64,000 nt of DNA, taken from NCBI GenBank assembly GCA_001643675.2, contig LSRY02000002.1:1054001-1118000 (forward strand). Reading direction: 5' to 3'. The first letter of the stretch is position 1, and each line of letters begins with the position of its first letter. The notes under the pieces were generated by a model. That model did not search any database and was not told the DNA's origin. It saw only the letters and a program-made list of their open reading frames with translations. The translations under genes were made by a program, and so were the position numbers. Source of the stretch: Monocercomonoides exilis PA203 (taxonomy: Eukaryota; Protista; Preaxostyla). Positions 37,381 to 50,049 of this stretch are shown here, piece after piece.

Positions 37381-40300
37381 GTGTGATTATTTTTTGAGAT
37401 CGCAAAAAATTTCGATGTTATTGAAAATTTTATCTTTGCTATTTTTGCCTTTTTCTCGTTTTCAATTATATTGTGTTAATATCCATGAAATTTCTAACCG
37501 TAAGATTGTTGAAAATTCGGAAATAGTTCCATGTTTGCAAAAGCATCTTTGAAGGAATACTTTATTCGTTATGGGACAGATCAACAGTTTTTCAATCTTT
37601 TCACTTCTCAACAGAGAAAAGGAATCCACACAAGTTACGCAATTCTCTGTTCCTGTGCTCGTCAGCCACGCTCACCATTGACAGATTCGAGTTTTGGAAC
37701 AGCAGCAGCTTAGCTGTTGAGTACAGGATCATTTACGTAACAAATGGGAAAGCGGAATTGAATGGATGCAAAATGAAGGACTTTGCAATGGGAAATGCTG
37801 AGATTATTGCACTTGACGGAAACGATGCTGAGTGTTCAATTGAAGGAATGGAAGTATCCAAGCTGAGCAGAGAAGGAAAAGGAGCACTGCTTTTTGTTAC
37901 AAGAGAGAAAAATTTGGAGATTGAGAACAGCAGCATTGAGAATACAACAATGCTCAACAGCAGCCACATTACAATTAATTCACTGGCAAATGGTCTTCTG
38001 AAGAATGTGACATTTTCGAATCTGAGCAGAACAAACGGAGATGGAGGAGTGATTGTGGGTGAATTGGGTGCTGGCGGGGTGTTGAGTGTGGAGAACTGCT
38101 CATTTATTAGCTGTATTTGCTATTCTGGGAGAACGATTGGAGGGTGCGTGCTGATGGATGTCAAAGAAAATGGTGTATTCCGATTCGAGAGAACCAAAGT
38201 GGAGTTCTGCATTGTGTCCAGCGGAGATGGATTTAGTGGAGGGCTGTTCCTCACATTCACCTCTTCACACGTCGATTACTCGATAAGGAACAACACATTC
38301 GAGAACAACGGAGCATTGTGCGGGAAGGATGCGTATGTTGTCTGTGAAGAGCCAGGGGCAGCAATCCTTCTGATGTATTGGAATGGGTCAGCTTCTGAAG
38401 GCACTGCCCCTGACTGCCTATGAGTGCGCAGTCTGTCTGAGCCAGCAGACGGAGGTGTCACAATGATCGACTATCTGTTCCCTCCACCGACTTCGTTTGT
38501 GTTTGTGGATGGCGGTGACTCAGCCGTCGAGAACTGTGGATCGAAGCGGAGCCCATGCACTTCAGTGGAGATGGGCTTTTATATAATGAATTCTTTTCAT
38601 TCGATCATACTGCTCGAAGGAAACAGCCCCATTGATGCTGTTGTGAACGGCGCGGAATCTTAATTCCCGTCCAAAGCAATGCCAAAACAAAAGCAATGAT
38701 ATTTGGAAGAAATGGAAAGTTCGAGCTGGTTGAAGGAAGTCGCTCAACCACCCTTTCATTTTCCAAGCTTTGCTTTGTGCTTCCATCGTCTCCAAATCCT
38801 TCACCTGACATAGGTTCACTTGTGGAAGTTAGCATTGGTCAATGCTCATTCTTAGATTGCATATTTGAGCAAGGAAGCGGCAGAAATTCCAATCCTTCGA
38901 AATGAATTGTTTCAGGAGGAGGCGGAGTTGTGCATTTTGCCTCTTGCACTCTTGGAGTGATTCCATTTCAGTCAGGTGGAATAGCTTTGATTGAAGGGGC
39001 ATCGCTCTCTTTGGAGTCTTGCAGTTTTTCTTCTGTTTCATCTGATGCTCCAAACGGATTAATTGCTGGAAGAGACAATTGTGATATCATACTGAAGGAT
39101 ACAGGATTCGCGAATTGCGAGACAAGAAACGGTCATGTGTTGGAAATTATTTGCCCGAAATCAGTGCATAAAAGCGGAGCATGCACATTTGATGGATGCT
39201 CTTCGATAAAAGGAGATGGAGGAATTCTTAATTGCATTCCTGAAGCAGAGGGATCTTTGATAATGAACAAAACATCAATTGTGTCTTGTGTAGTGAATGC
39301 TGTTACTGGGAGAGGAGGCGGAATCTATCTCGATTTGAAGGGAAGCATTAATAATTATTTATTTTCTGGAATAACATTTCGCAGAAATGAGGCATTTGAT
39401 AAAAAAGACATGTTTGTTAGAAGTGCTGATTTGAACGCGTCAATCATTCCATCTCTGTTTGATTTCGAGTATTTTGGAGCAGATGGAGAGATAAAAGTCG
39501 ATCTGAAAGGAAAATATGAAACACATTTTATGAGCCCATCTGCGGATCTGCTGATTTTTTTGGTGAAATATTCTTCGTCGACAATAAGCGTTGGATCGGC
39601 TGAAATCAACTTTATCTGGTGTGGAAAGGCAGAAATACCTTGTCACTCGTTGTGGTGGGGCATCAACAACTTGCAAGCATCTGAAGACTCGCAGTCGTGC
39701 TTTGTTGAAATTCTGGATGAAGTGGCAATATGCGAGTGCTATGAATTTGGCCTTTCTCAGCTCAGTATTGGATTGCCTGCCGCAGCTGCTTCACCTGCAT
39801 TCGCCAGACTGTCAATTTATCAAACAACAGGTGGATCGAGCCAATCGATTTTCAGCTCGAATAATTCGCTTTCGTTTTCTTCTGTGCAGTTCCATCTGCC
39901 AGCGTTCTTCTCAAATGGACAGTCTTCCGTTGTTTCGTCGTCTGACGGATATCTCACCTTCAACTCAGCCTCGTTCCATTCGGTTGCCACTTCTGTGCTG
40001 GAATATGTTCTGCTATTGAACAAAAGAGGAACAGTGGAGCTGTTGAATGTATCTGCTTCTTCGTTGGTGTTTGTGAACTGCCCCTTCGCACTTTCGTCTT
40101 ATGTCACGCTCGAGGAGTGCTGCTTCCACAACATTTGCTCTCCCACAAGCACAGAAGGCGGTGCAATGTCTGTCTATCTGGAGCAATCAGACCTGCTGCG
40201 CGTGAAGGGCTGCCGAGCTGAGCTGTGCAAATGCCCCACAGGAAGAGGCAGAGGAGGGTTTTTGTATATCGACTGCTCGAAGTCTGCAGTAGAAAAACCC

Positions 40301-41084
40301 TTCAGATTCGAAGGCAACATGGTGTTCGAAGCAAACGATGCGCAACTTGGCAAAAACATATTTATTGCATCTGCAGAATTGAACGCTTCAGTCACTTTGG
40401 CAACATTTGCATTTTCATTCGAGTCGATGAAAGAAGACAGCAATGCGTTTGTGGGGATAGAAGCAGAAAGCGAAGAACTGGATTTATTCCGATATTTGGT
40501 TCCGTATTCCGCTTCAACAATCCGTCTGTCAGACGCTGGGGCAGATGTGATGAGATGCGGAAACGCAGATAATCCATGCTGCTCGTTCTGGAAAGGGATG
40601 CAGCAGATCAGCAACGAGGCCTTGCCAAAGCTCATTTCCATTACCAAATCCACTGAAGTTGCCAACACCTTCACTCTCTCCAACTTCACCATCTTATCAA
40701 GCTCATTGGAAGAAGAAGAAAAACGGGAGTTGAAGCTTCTGTTTATAGAAAAGGCAGGAGAAGCATCTGATCCGTTTTTGCGATGAGTAGGCGAGCTTTC
40801 GTTGAAGCTTATAACGCTTGTAATTGTATCATCCTTCAACGATTCTGCAACAGCTTTGGTTCAGTGCGAGGATGGGGTGCTGAGTCTGGCGCTGTGTGTG
40901 TTTGGAACAGAAGCAGGGCTGGGTGGAATGCGGCAGAGCAGGTGCAGTTTTGCTGTCTGCTTGAAAGGGAAACTTTCACTTGTGGATGTGTCAGTGGAGT
41001 CGGCCAGCATCGCAAAAAGCGCGATTGTTGTGGGCTCTGCTGTTTGTGAGATCATCAACTTCACATGCTCGTTATCGAATAATT
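37381..41084 (+). repeat. Left arm of 3704-bp inverted repeat
   Basis: All mirrored ORF coordinates sum to 86918 (no net indel); only two substitutions noticed (37382/49536, 40144/46774). Confidence 0.97.
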
Positions 41085-41300
41085 TTGATGAAAGCGTTCT
41101 GGAAGAATAAGAAGTTGCAGGATCAGCAATAGGTGTAAATGCGAATGAAAAAAGCGAATTGAGATTGGTTACATCAGCAATTTCATTAGTGAGCAGAATA
41201 GACAACGTGGTATCAGTCTGCGACAGCAAAAGCAAAAGATGTTTTCTATTGAGATGGATAGATTCCAGAATGTTTTCAACCAAAGGAAGAATCGAACCAT
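37530..41300 (+). pseudogene. Cys-rich pectin-lyase-like (right-handed beta-helix) repeat protein, fragment with in-frame stops
   Basis: Repeated GGAI/GRGGGIYL, F..N.A..GK.IF and CG....PC.S motifs across ORFs 37758-38423, 38424-38663, 38696-38905, 38930-40786, 40802-41110, all in one frame. Confidence 0.75.
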
Positions 41301-41398
41301 GATTCATGAAAATTTATTTTCTCTTTTATCTTTGTTACAAATGTATTTCAATGAAAAATAAAAAAACACGTTTATTTATGTCTTTGATTCATTCATAT

Positions 41399-41667
41399 GG
41401 GACAAAATATTTGACTTCAGGCATTTTCATTGAAAAATTATGCACTTTTGATGAACTTTTTGTGATCAAAATTTTTCAACAAAATTTGTTCATTTTTATG
41501 AATTCGTTTGAGATCACAAAAAATAATGTTGCTAAATCATTCACTTTTGTTGACTGATATGAAAATAAAATTTATTTTGAAATCTGGTCAAGTTTTAAAA
41601 TGTTATGAGTGAAGAAATTTTTTAATTGTATTGTGCATAAAAAGCTTGAAAGTCCATATTTTCCCCC
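41399..41667 (-). mobile_element. MITE family B (269 bp), TSD ATAT
   Basis: ATAT|GGGACAAAATATTTGACTTC...GAAAGTCCATATTTTCCCCC|ATAT; very close to the 6131 copy. Confidence 0.92.
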
Positions 41668-41739
41668 ATATTTTCAAAAAATATGAAAAAAAGTGTTAAG
41701 ATCATGATCAGAAACCGAATTATTATTAATGAGAAAAGT

Positions 41740-41935
41740 CGTTGATCGCATTAATCGGCAGGATATCAAAAAGATAATCTTCAAATAACAAGCATGAAAA
41801 ACTTCATTAATGCGTACCTGGGAAATATCGCATCGTATCCAGGTCCGGAAAAAACAATGATCAGTTGTTTTTTCTATTGTGTGATATCTTGTCTCACATT
41901 CTTTCAACAGAAAGAAAGTTAAGCATACACAAAAA
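41740..41935 (-). pseudogene. Probable degenerate PHD-like finger C-terminal to the transposase
   Basis: FCVC...WIRCD...VFHACY in the same frame as the transposase; some Cys ligands missing. Confidence 0.45.
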
Positions 41936-41943
41936 TGAGCTTA

Positions 41944-43419
41944 TTAATCAATAAAAAAGTCATCATTGATTGGAGACGAAAATGCAAACGAATCTCGAAC
42001 AAGGTTGCGTCTTCTTTTTAGCATGTATTTTGAAAAACTTGATAAATTCAAACATTGTGATTCTTGCTGCTTTTGTGTAACAATCCTGTGTGATTTCTCT
42101 TTCTCCTTCTTAATTTGAACTTCAAGAGCTATTAATGAACGCTGAGGAATAAAGCTTACAGCAGATCCGCATATGCTTGTTCCTCGACTTTTGAAATACA
42201 AATAATCTCTTTGATGTGGGTTGATTAAATAAGAATATGATTTGTTGTTTGATGATATGGATTCTTCAAAAAATCTCTGAATGATTGTTTCACAAGATCC
42301 GTTCTCTTTCATTTTTTCCGTTGAAATTGAATCTGATGGCAAGTGCTATTGGGATTTTTTCAAAGATGAAGAAGAGAATAAGTCTGCATTCTTATTTAAA
42401 AATGAAATTAAATTAAAAACATTTTCAAGTTTTTGGTTAGATAAGTGATTCCGAATAAATATGACAAACATTCCAAACTCTGCATCACAAAGATTCTTAC
42501 CGTGGTGTTCCGCAAAGAAGCTCACCTTGCGTTTTGAGTTTCGAAAGAAAGTTTTTTTGTGAGAAAAAAGATAGTACAAATTATATTTGTTTTTGTTATG
42601 AGCTCCTGAATCACGAAAAAAACTTAGACGTATTTAAATTCTTGAAAGCTGATGATAACAACACAGATGTCAGACAGTTGATAACAAAAGCATGATTATT
42701 GTTTGGATTATCAGACAAAAAGTTGTAGATTTTTTGTTCAAAACACTATTCGTTTTTTGAAAAGAGATTATAGCAATGTCAGAAACTTGACGAAAGATGT
42801 TAAAATCATCTTGAGCCTGAGTCGCTGTGATCGATGTCCTCAACTTCTCTTTGAAATCAAAAAGACAAATCACCTCACTTTCTTTTATAAAAGATAAACA
42901 GTCATTGAAATGATCACGTTGTAATTGAGAAATCACTTGATGTGTTTTCAAAACCATGAAAGTAATTTCTAAATCTCTTTGAAGTTTTTCCACTAATTGA
43001 AGAGTTTTCCTTTTGTTTTCTATTTGTTTCTGCACGTTATACTGTTGGTATATATCGATTCTTCTTATTGCTTTTGTAAATTGAACAGTCATTTTGTGGA
43101 ATTGTGACAACGACATTACCATTCCCGTTTGTTCCATTAATTCTTTCCAAAGTTGGTTTTTTGGCTTGAAAATTTGTCTTTTCTGAAATGGAGAGAAAAC
43201 TCGAACACCTTTAAATCTTTGAACCATTGAAGGAGATAGTGAAAAGCTTCTTTCTTGTGTAGTCATTTTCTCTGTTAAATGTGAGGATCTTTGCATGGAC
43301 CCAAGAACTGTTTCTTTGAAAGAATTGGAATTAGTCATAGAAATATTTTCATGAGTGATTAAAGTGTCAACTCCTCCTTTTGTCATTTTCAAAGTTTCAT
43401 AGCCATCTTTATTTTTCAT
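41944..43419 (-). pseudogene. Sola2-like DDD transposase (decayed)
   Basis: H..ISQLQR, CLFDFKEK, FFRDSGAHNKN, FFAEHHGKNLCDAEFG; all three Asp retained; RIDIYQQY is the decayed DxCxxC. Confidence 0.82.
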
Positions 43420-43499
43420 ACAAATTGATAAAGATGGTTTTTACCCATCTGTTAATAATGACTTCCATTTTTCAATTAGCATTTTCTCTTCGAAATTGT

Positions 43500-44349
43500 C
43501 AATTTAAAAATCATTTCACAATTTCCATGTTGAGTTAATATAGTTTATTCGACGTTCAAGAGCCACATTATGAAAAGAAATATTCTGCAATGGTTAGTGG
43601 TCAATTATTCCAACAAGATCGTATTTGACAACTCTTCCGCAATTCGCATTTTCAATTGAGAATTTTTCTCTTTGATGGTTCACAACTGAACATTTATGCA
43701 TTTCGGAATCTGAGGACATAATAAATGAAAGCTCTGTTGTTTTGTGGATATCTGAGCATCTTTCATGAGACAATGAAATAACGGAAGGAAATGAATTGCA
43801 AAACAAGTTTCGGCTGACACTTGAATGTTTTCTGCAGGTTGAACAATAAATTCTGTTTGAATCGTCCAACATTTCTGTTGTGAATTCTTTTCTCAACCCT
43901 TAACAGGGAGAAAAACTGAAAATTGCTATCACAAATGATTCATCGTTTTGTTGAATTGACTCTTCCCCACATGAACAACATTTAGTAGAATACGATGTTG
44001 AAAAAATGAAGTTTCTTTTTTGAATACAACCATTTCGTTGTATAATGTTATTCATTTTGGAATAGGCATCCGAAATGTTTTGAGGTTGTCTTGCTTCATA
44101 GCAATAACATTGTTCCCATTGATCCACGTATTCATTGTTTCAACTGACTGAGAATCCATTCACTTTTAAAATTTTATTTGAAATTTGAAAAATTTTTGAA
44201 GATAATTGTTTCTTTTGATTTATTTTTGTTATTTCACTATCACAAAGTTGGAATACAGCAGACAGGCATAGTAACAATGAAGATAAGCAACACGTATTTC
44301 CGAAATTTGTCATTTCTTTTGAGTGTGTGAGATAAGAAGAAGGTTTCAA
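43500..44349 (-). pseudogene. Ubiquitin-specific protease (peptidase C19/USP) domain, in frame with the transposase
   Basis: Cys box TNFGNTCCLSSLLLCL; QPQNISDA (QQD box); CCSC and CSTC zinc ribbon; FPSVISLSHER; YDLVGIIDH; His box SFHNVA; WKL*ND. Confidence 0.85.
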
Positions 44350-45771
44350 TGTTGAAATTCAACTTGATATTTGATGAAAATAAGATGTTGGAACTTTGCA
44401 GTTTTCATTCAAAATTTATTTTCCTCTCCAAGAAAAATTAAAAAAAAAGGAGAACAATAAGGCTATGGGACAATTCGATTGAATATTTTTCCTTTTCCGT
44501 TCATTGCACTGCTTTGATCATAAATACAAATGTCATTGTCCAACTCCTCTTCATTGATATGTTTATCAAAACATTCTTTTTTCTTTCATTTGCTCGTTGA
44601 AAACATGGAAGTTGATGCATCACTTGAATTGGAAAGCATCCAACTTTTCCCTATTTCCCCTTCTTTGTTACTCAATCCTAAGAATAAAAGTTACATAATT
44701 TTAAAAATGTTAAGAATTAATAAAAAAATTTCTTTTGCTTCGTGGAAGAATCGGAGATAAAGCGTGTGTAACTATTCCATGATTTTTTTCCAGCACTCTC
44801 TATGCGTGGCTCACTTTTCCTTGTGTAATGTTGAAACAGAATTTTATAATTTCTTTTATCGAAAAATTTCGAACATAAGCTTGAAAGATCATAGTTTGTA
44901 TATGCAGTGGAGCTTTTCCATAAACTGTGTCAGATCCGTTAGCAACATCGTATACTTATTTAAAAAAAGTATTATCATTAAAATAAGAAACAATGATTAT
45001 TTGACAAATGCTTATTATGCATGCATAGCAAAAAAGATATCACACTGTTGATTGATTTTTTTTACTTCATGCATGGCGTGTTTGAATTCTTTAAAGTTGT
45101 GAAGCAGATAAGAAATCAGCTCATCCAAATTGTTTGCACCGATTTGACTGATGATTATCCAAGCATTATTAGCTTCAGTTGTCAGTGTTGATGAAGAAGT
45201 TGTTATTTTCATAATAATATGATGAAGAAAAGTCGATTTAGTTTGACAAATCTGCAAATAAATACTTATGGTTGCACGAAAATAAAAATAATGGATAAAT
45301 CACTCTTCTGCTTTCACAAAATATTAAAGTCATAAGAATTGGAGTGTGAACAATAATCAGATGAATATATTTTCATGTTGAAATGAAGCAGATATTATCA
45401 GAAAATTTGCAGATATCAAAAGTGATAAATATGATCTGAATAATAAAAATGAAAATTATTTCAAAATTTTCTTTCTTAAAAGAGATGCATTTTCACAATC
45501 GTGAAACTCAATTAATGGATCATCACATTTAAGAGACAGAACAAATTGAATAATAAAACCAATTCCACGAAGTTTCGAAATGATAACAGCAAATAAATGT
45601 GACGATTCTAAAAAGATAAAAATTTTTCTCCATTAAGAGTGGTAAATAAATCTTCTTTTAAACAAAGAAAATAATCTTTTCATCTTTCTCCAGCACTTAT
45701 TGCGGAAGAAGAAAATAACAATGAAAAATATAAAAAATTTTTGAGAATTTAATATAACGTGTATGACTAAT

Positions 45772-48700
45772 TTAATCACAATATAATATAAATCGTTCAT
45801 CATCTTCAATAGCCTCTTTGTTGCTCCAATCTGAATTATTCGATAACGAGCATGTGAAGTTGATGATCTCACAAACAGCAGAGCCCACAACAATCGCGCT
45901 TTTTGCGATGCTGGCCGACTCCACTGACACATCCACAAGTGAAAGTTTCCCTTTCAAGCAGACAGCAAAACTGCACCTGCTCTGCCGCATTCCACCCAGC
46001 CCTGCTTCTGTTCCAAACACACACAGCGCCAGACTCAGCACCCCATCCTCGCACTGAACCAAAGCTGTTGCAGAATCGTTGAAGGATGATACAATTACAA
46101 GCGTTATAAGCTTCAACGAAAGCTCGCCTACTCATCGCAAAAACGGATCAGATGCTTCTCCTGCCTTTTCTATAAACAGAAGCTTCAACTCCCGTTTTTC
46201 TTCTTCTTCCAATGAGCTTGATAAGATGGTGAAGTTGGAGAGAGTGAAGGTGTTGGCAACTTCAGTGGATTTGGTAATGGAAATGAGCTTTGGCAAGGCC
46301 TCGTTGCTGATCTGCTGCATCCCTTTCCAGAACGAGCAGCATGGATTATCTGCGTTTCCGCATCTCATCACATCTGCCCCAGCGTCTGACAGACGGATTG
46401 TTGAAGCGGAATACGGAACCAAATATCGGAATAAATCCAGTTCTTCGCTTTCTGCTTCTATCCCCACAAACGCATTGCTGTCTTCTTTCATCGACTCGAA
46501 TGAAAATGCAAATGTTGCCAAAGTGACTGAAGCGTTCAATTCTGCAGATGCAATAAATATGTTTTTGCCAAGTTGCGCATCGTTTGCTTCGAACACCATG
46601 TTGCCTTCGAATCTGAAGGGTTTTTCTACTGCAGACTTCGAGCAGTCGATATACAAAAACCCTCCTCTGCCTCTTCCTGTGGGGCATTTGCACAGCTCAG
46701 CTCGGCAGCCCTTCACGCGCAGCAGGTCTGATTGCTCCAGATAGACAGACATTGCACCGCCTTCTGTGCTTGTAGGAGAGCAAATGTTGTGGAAGCAGCA
46801 CTCCTCGAGCGTGACATAAGACGAAAGTGCGAAGGGGCAGTTCACAAACACCAACGAAGAAGCAGATACATTCAACAGCTCCACTGTTCCTCTTTTGTTC
46901 AATAGCAGAACATATTCCAGCACAGAAGTGGCAACCGAATGGAACGAGGCTGAGTTGAAGGTGAGATATCCGTCAGACGACGAAACAACGGAAGACTGTC
47001 CATTTGAGAAGAACGCTGGCAGATGGAACTGCACAGAAGAAAACGAAAGCGAATTATTCGAGCTGAAAATCGATTGGCTCGATCCACCTGTTGTTTGATA
47101 AATTGACAGTCTGGCGAATGCAGGTGAAGCAGCTGCGGCAGGCAATCCAATACTGAGCTGAGAAAGGCCAAATTCATAGCACTCGCATATTGCCACTTCA
47201 TCCAGAATTTCAACAAAGCACGACTGCGAGTCTTCAGATGCTTGCAAGTTGTTGATGCCCCACCACAACGAGTGACAAGGTATTTCTGCCTTTCCACACC
47301 AGATAAAGTTGATTTCAGCCGATCCAACGCTTATTGTCGACGAAGAATATTTCACCAAAAAAATCAGCAGATCCGCAGATGGGCTCATAAAATGTGTTTC
47401 ATATTTTCCTTTCAGATCGACTTTTATCTCTCCATCTGCTCCAAAATACTCGAAATCAAACAGAGATGGAATGATTGACGCGTTCAAATCAGCACTTCTA
47501 ACAAACATGTCTTTTTTATCAAATGCCTCATTTCTGCGAAATGTTATTCCAGAAAATAAATAATTATTAATGCTTCCCTTCAAATCGAGATAGATTCCGC
47601 CTCCTCTCCCAGTAACAGCATTCACTACACAAGACACAATTGATGTTTTGTTCATTATCAAAGATCCCTCTGCTTCAGGAATGCAATTAAGAATTCCTCC
47701 ATCTCCTTTTATCGAAGAGCATCCATCAAATGTGCATGCTCCGCTTTTATGCACTGATTTCGGGCAAATAATTTCCAACACATGACCGTTTCTTGTCTCG
47801 CAATTCGCGAATCCTGTATCCTTCAGTATGATATCACAATTGTCTCTTCCAGCAATTAATCCGTTTGGAGCATCAGATGAAACAGAAGAAAAACTGCAAG
47901 ACTCCAAAGAGAGCGATGCCCCTTCAATCAAAGCTATTCCACCTGACTGAAATGGAATCACTCCAAGAGTGCAAGAGGCAAAATGCACAACTCCGCCTCC
48001 TCCTGAAACAATTCATTTCGAAGGATTGGAATTTCTGCCGCTTCCTTGCTCAAATATGCAATCTAAGAATGAGCATTGACCAATGCTAACTTCCACAAGT
48101 GAACCTATGTCAGGTGAAGGATTTGGAGACGATGGAAGCACAAAGCAAAGCTTGGAAAATGAAAGGGTGGTTGAGCGACTTCCTTCAACCAGCTCGAACT
48201 TTCCATTTCTTCCAAATATCATTGCTTTTGTTTTGGCATTGCTTTGGACGGGAATTAAGATTCCGCGCCGTTCACAACAGCATCAATGGGGCTGTTTCCT
48301 TCGAGCAGTATGATCGAATGAAAAGAATTCATTATATAAAAGCCCATCTCCACTGAAGTGCATGGGCTCCGCTTCGATCCACAGTTCTCGACGGCTGAGT
48401 CACCGCCATCCACAAACACAAACGAAGTCGGTGGAGGGAACAGATAGTCGATCATTGTGACACCTCCGTCTGCTGGCTCAGACAGACTGCGCACTCATAG
48501 GCAGTCAGGGGCAGTGCCTTCAGAAGCTGACCCATTCCAATACATCAGAAGGATTGCTGCCCCTGGCTCTTCACAGACAACATACGCATCCTTCCCGCAC
48601 AATGCTCCGTTGTTCTCGAATGTGTTGTTCCTTATCGAGTAATCGACGTGTGAAGAGGTGAATGTGAGGAACAGCCCTCCACTAAATCCATCTCCGCTGG

Positions 48701-49388
48701 ACACAATGCAGAACTCCACTTTGGTTCTCTCGAATCGGAATACACCATTTTCTTTGACATCCATCAGCACGCACCCTCCAATCGTTCTCCCAGAATAGCA
48801 AATACAGCTAATAAATGAGCAGTTCTCCACACTCAACACCCCGCCAGCACCCAATTCACCCACAATCACTCCTCCATCTCCGTTTGTTCTGCTCAGATTC
48901 GAAAATGTCACATTCTTCAGAAGACCATTTGCCAGTGAATTAATTGTAATGTGGCTGCTGTTGAGCATTGTTGTATTCTCAATGCTGCTGTTCTCAATCT
49001 CCAAATTTTTCTCTCTTGTAACAAAAAGCAGTGCTCCTTTTCCTTCTCTGCTCAGCTTGGATACTTCCATTCCTTCAATTGAACACTCAGCATCGTTTCC
49101 GTCAAGTGCAATAATCTCAGCATTTCCCATTGCAAAGTCCTTCATTTTGCATCCATTCAATTCCGCTTTCCCATTTGTTACGTAAATGATCCTGTACTCA
49201 ACAGCTAAGCTGCTGCTGTTCCAAAACTCGAATCTGTCAATGGTGAGCGTGGCTGACGAGCACAGGAACAGAGAATTGCGTAACTTGTGTGGATTCCTTT
49301 TCTCTGTTGAGAAGTGAAAAGATTGAAAAACTGTTGATCTGTCCCATAACGAATAAAGTATTCCTTCAAAGATGCTTTTGCAAACATG
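45772..49388 (-). pseudogene. Second copy of the beta-helix repeat protein pseudogene
   Basis: Identical ORF translations and identical stop positions to the left copy. Confidence 0.75.
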
Positions 49389-49537
49389 GAACTATTTCCG
49401 AATTTTCAACAATCTTACGGTTAGAAATTTCATGGATATTAACACAATATAATTGAAAACGAGAAAAAGGCAAAAATAGCAAAGATAAAATTTTCAATAA
49501 CATCGAAATTTTTTGCGATCTCAAAAAATAATCACCC
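45834..49537 (-). repeat. Right arm of 3704-bp inverted repeat
   Basis: Reverse complement of 37381-41084. Confidence 0.97.
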
Positions 49538-50049
49538 ATATGTCAGTTTAAAATGGATTTTCGCAAAAAATTTTAAATGTTGAACATTTGATATGTTAGT
49601 GTGTTTCAATTCATTCATAACAACATAGTCATTTCAAAAGAATTTAATTATTCCAGAAATTCACTCAATGAATTTTTGTTTTTCAATATTCACACTTCTC
49701 AAAAAAAATTAACAATGAACAAAAACGGTGAAAAAGCTGTAATGTGAAATTCATTTTTCCATTTATTTATTAATAATTTTGTTTGAAATTTTAAATGGTC
49801 ATTATTTTTTTGGACTTATTTTTTTTTGTGCCCAAAATTTTCGAAATGAAAAAATTAAAAAAAATATTAAATTCGAATCTGATTTGCTAATGACTTTTCT
49901 TTTTCACTTTCCTCTCTCAGTTTCATCAGTTGATTCTTTTTCAATATCGTTTTCATCATGCAGTGTTTTGAATTTTCTTTTTCGTTTTTTTGTGAAATTC
50001 ATTGCAACATCATTTTCTTCATCAGAAATATTTTCTTTTTCATTTTCTA

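Larger units (their letters stand above)
37381..49537. mobile_element. 12.2-kb palindromic composite element with 3.7-kb inverted arms, Sola/MITE-A-type termini and ATAT flanks
   Basis: ATAT|GTGTGATTATTTTTTGAGATCGC ... GCGATCTCAAAAAATAATCACCC|ATAT; the spacer contains a Sola2-like transposase. Confidence 0.7.

Noticed and set aside
38421-44349. Alternative genetic code (TGA=Trp or TAR=Gln) to explain in-frame stops
   Set aside because: The two intact genes end in TGA and contain many Gln codons without any in-frame TAA/TAG; the stops are mixed types typical of decay
44760-45300. Extra gene in the palindrome spacer
   Set aside because: Short broken ORFs with no identifiable motif
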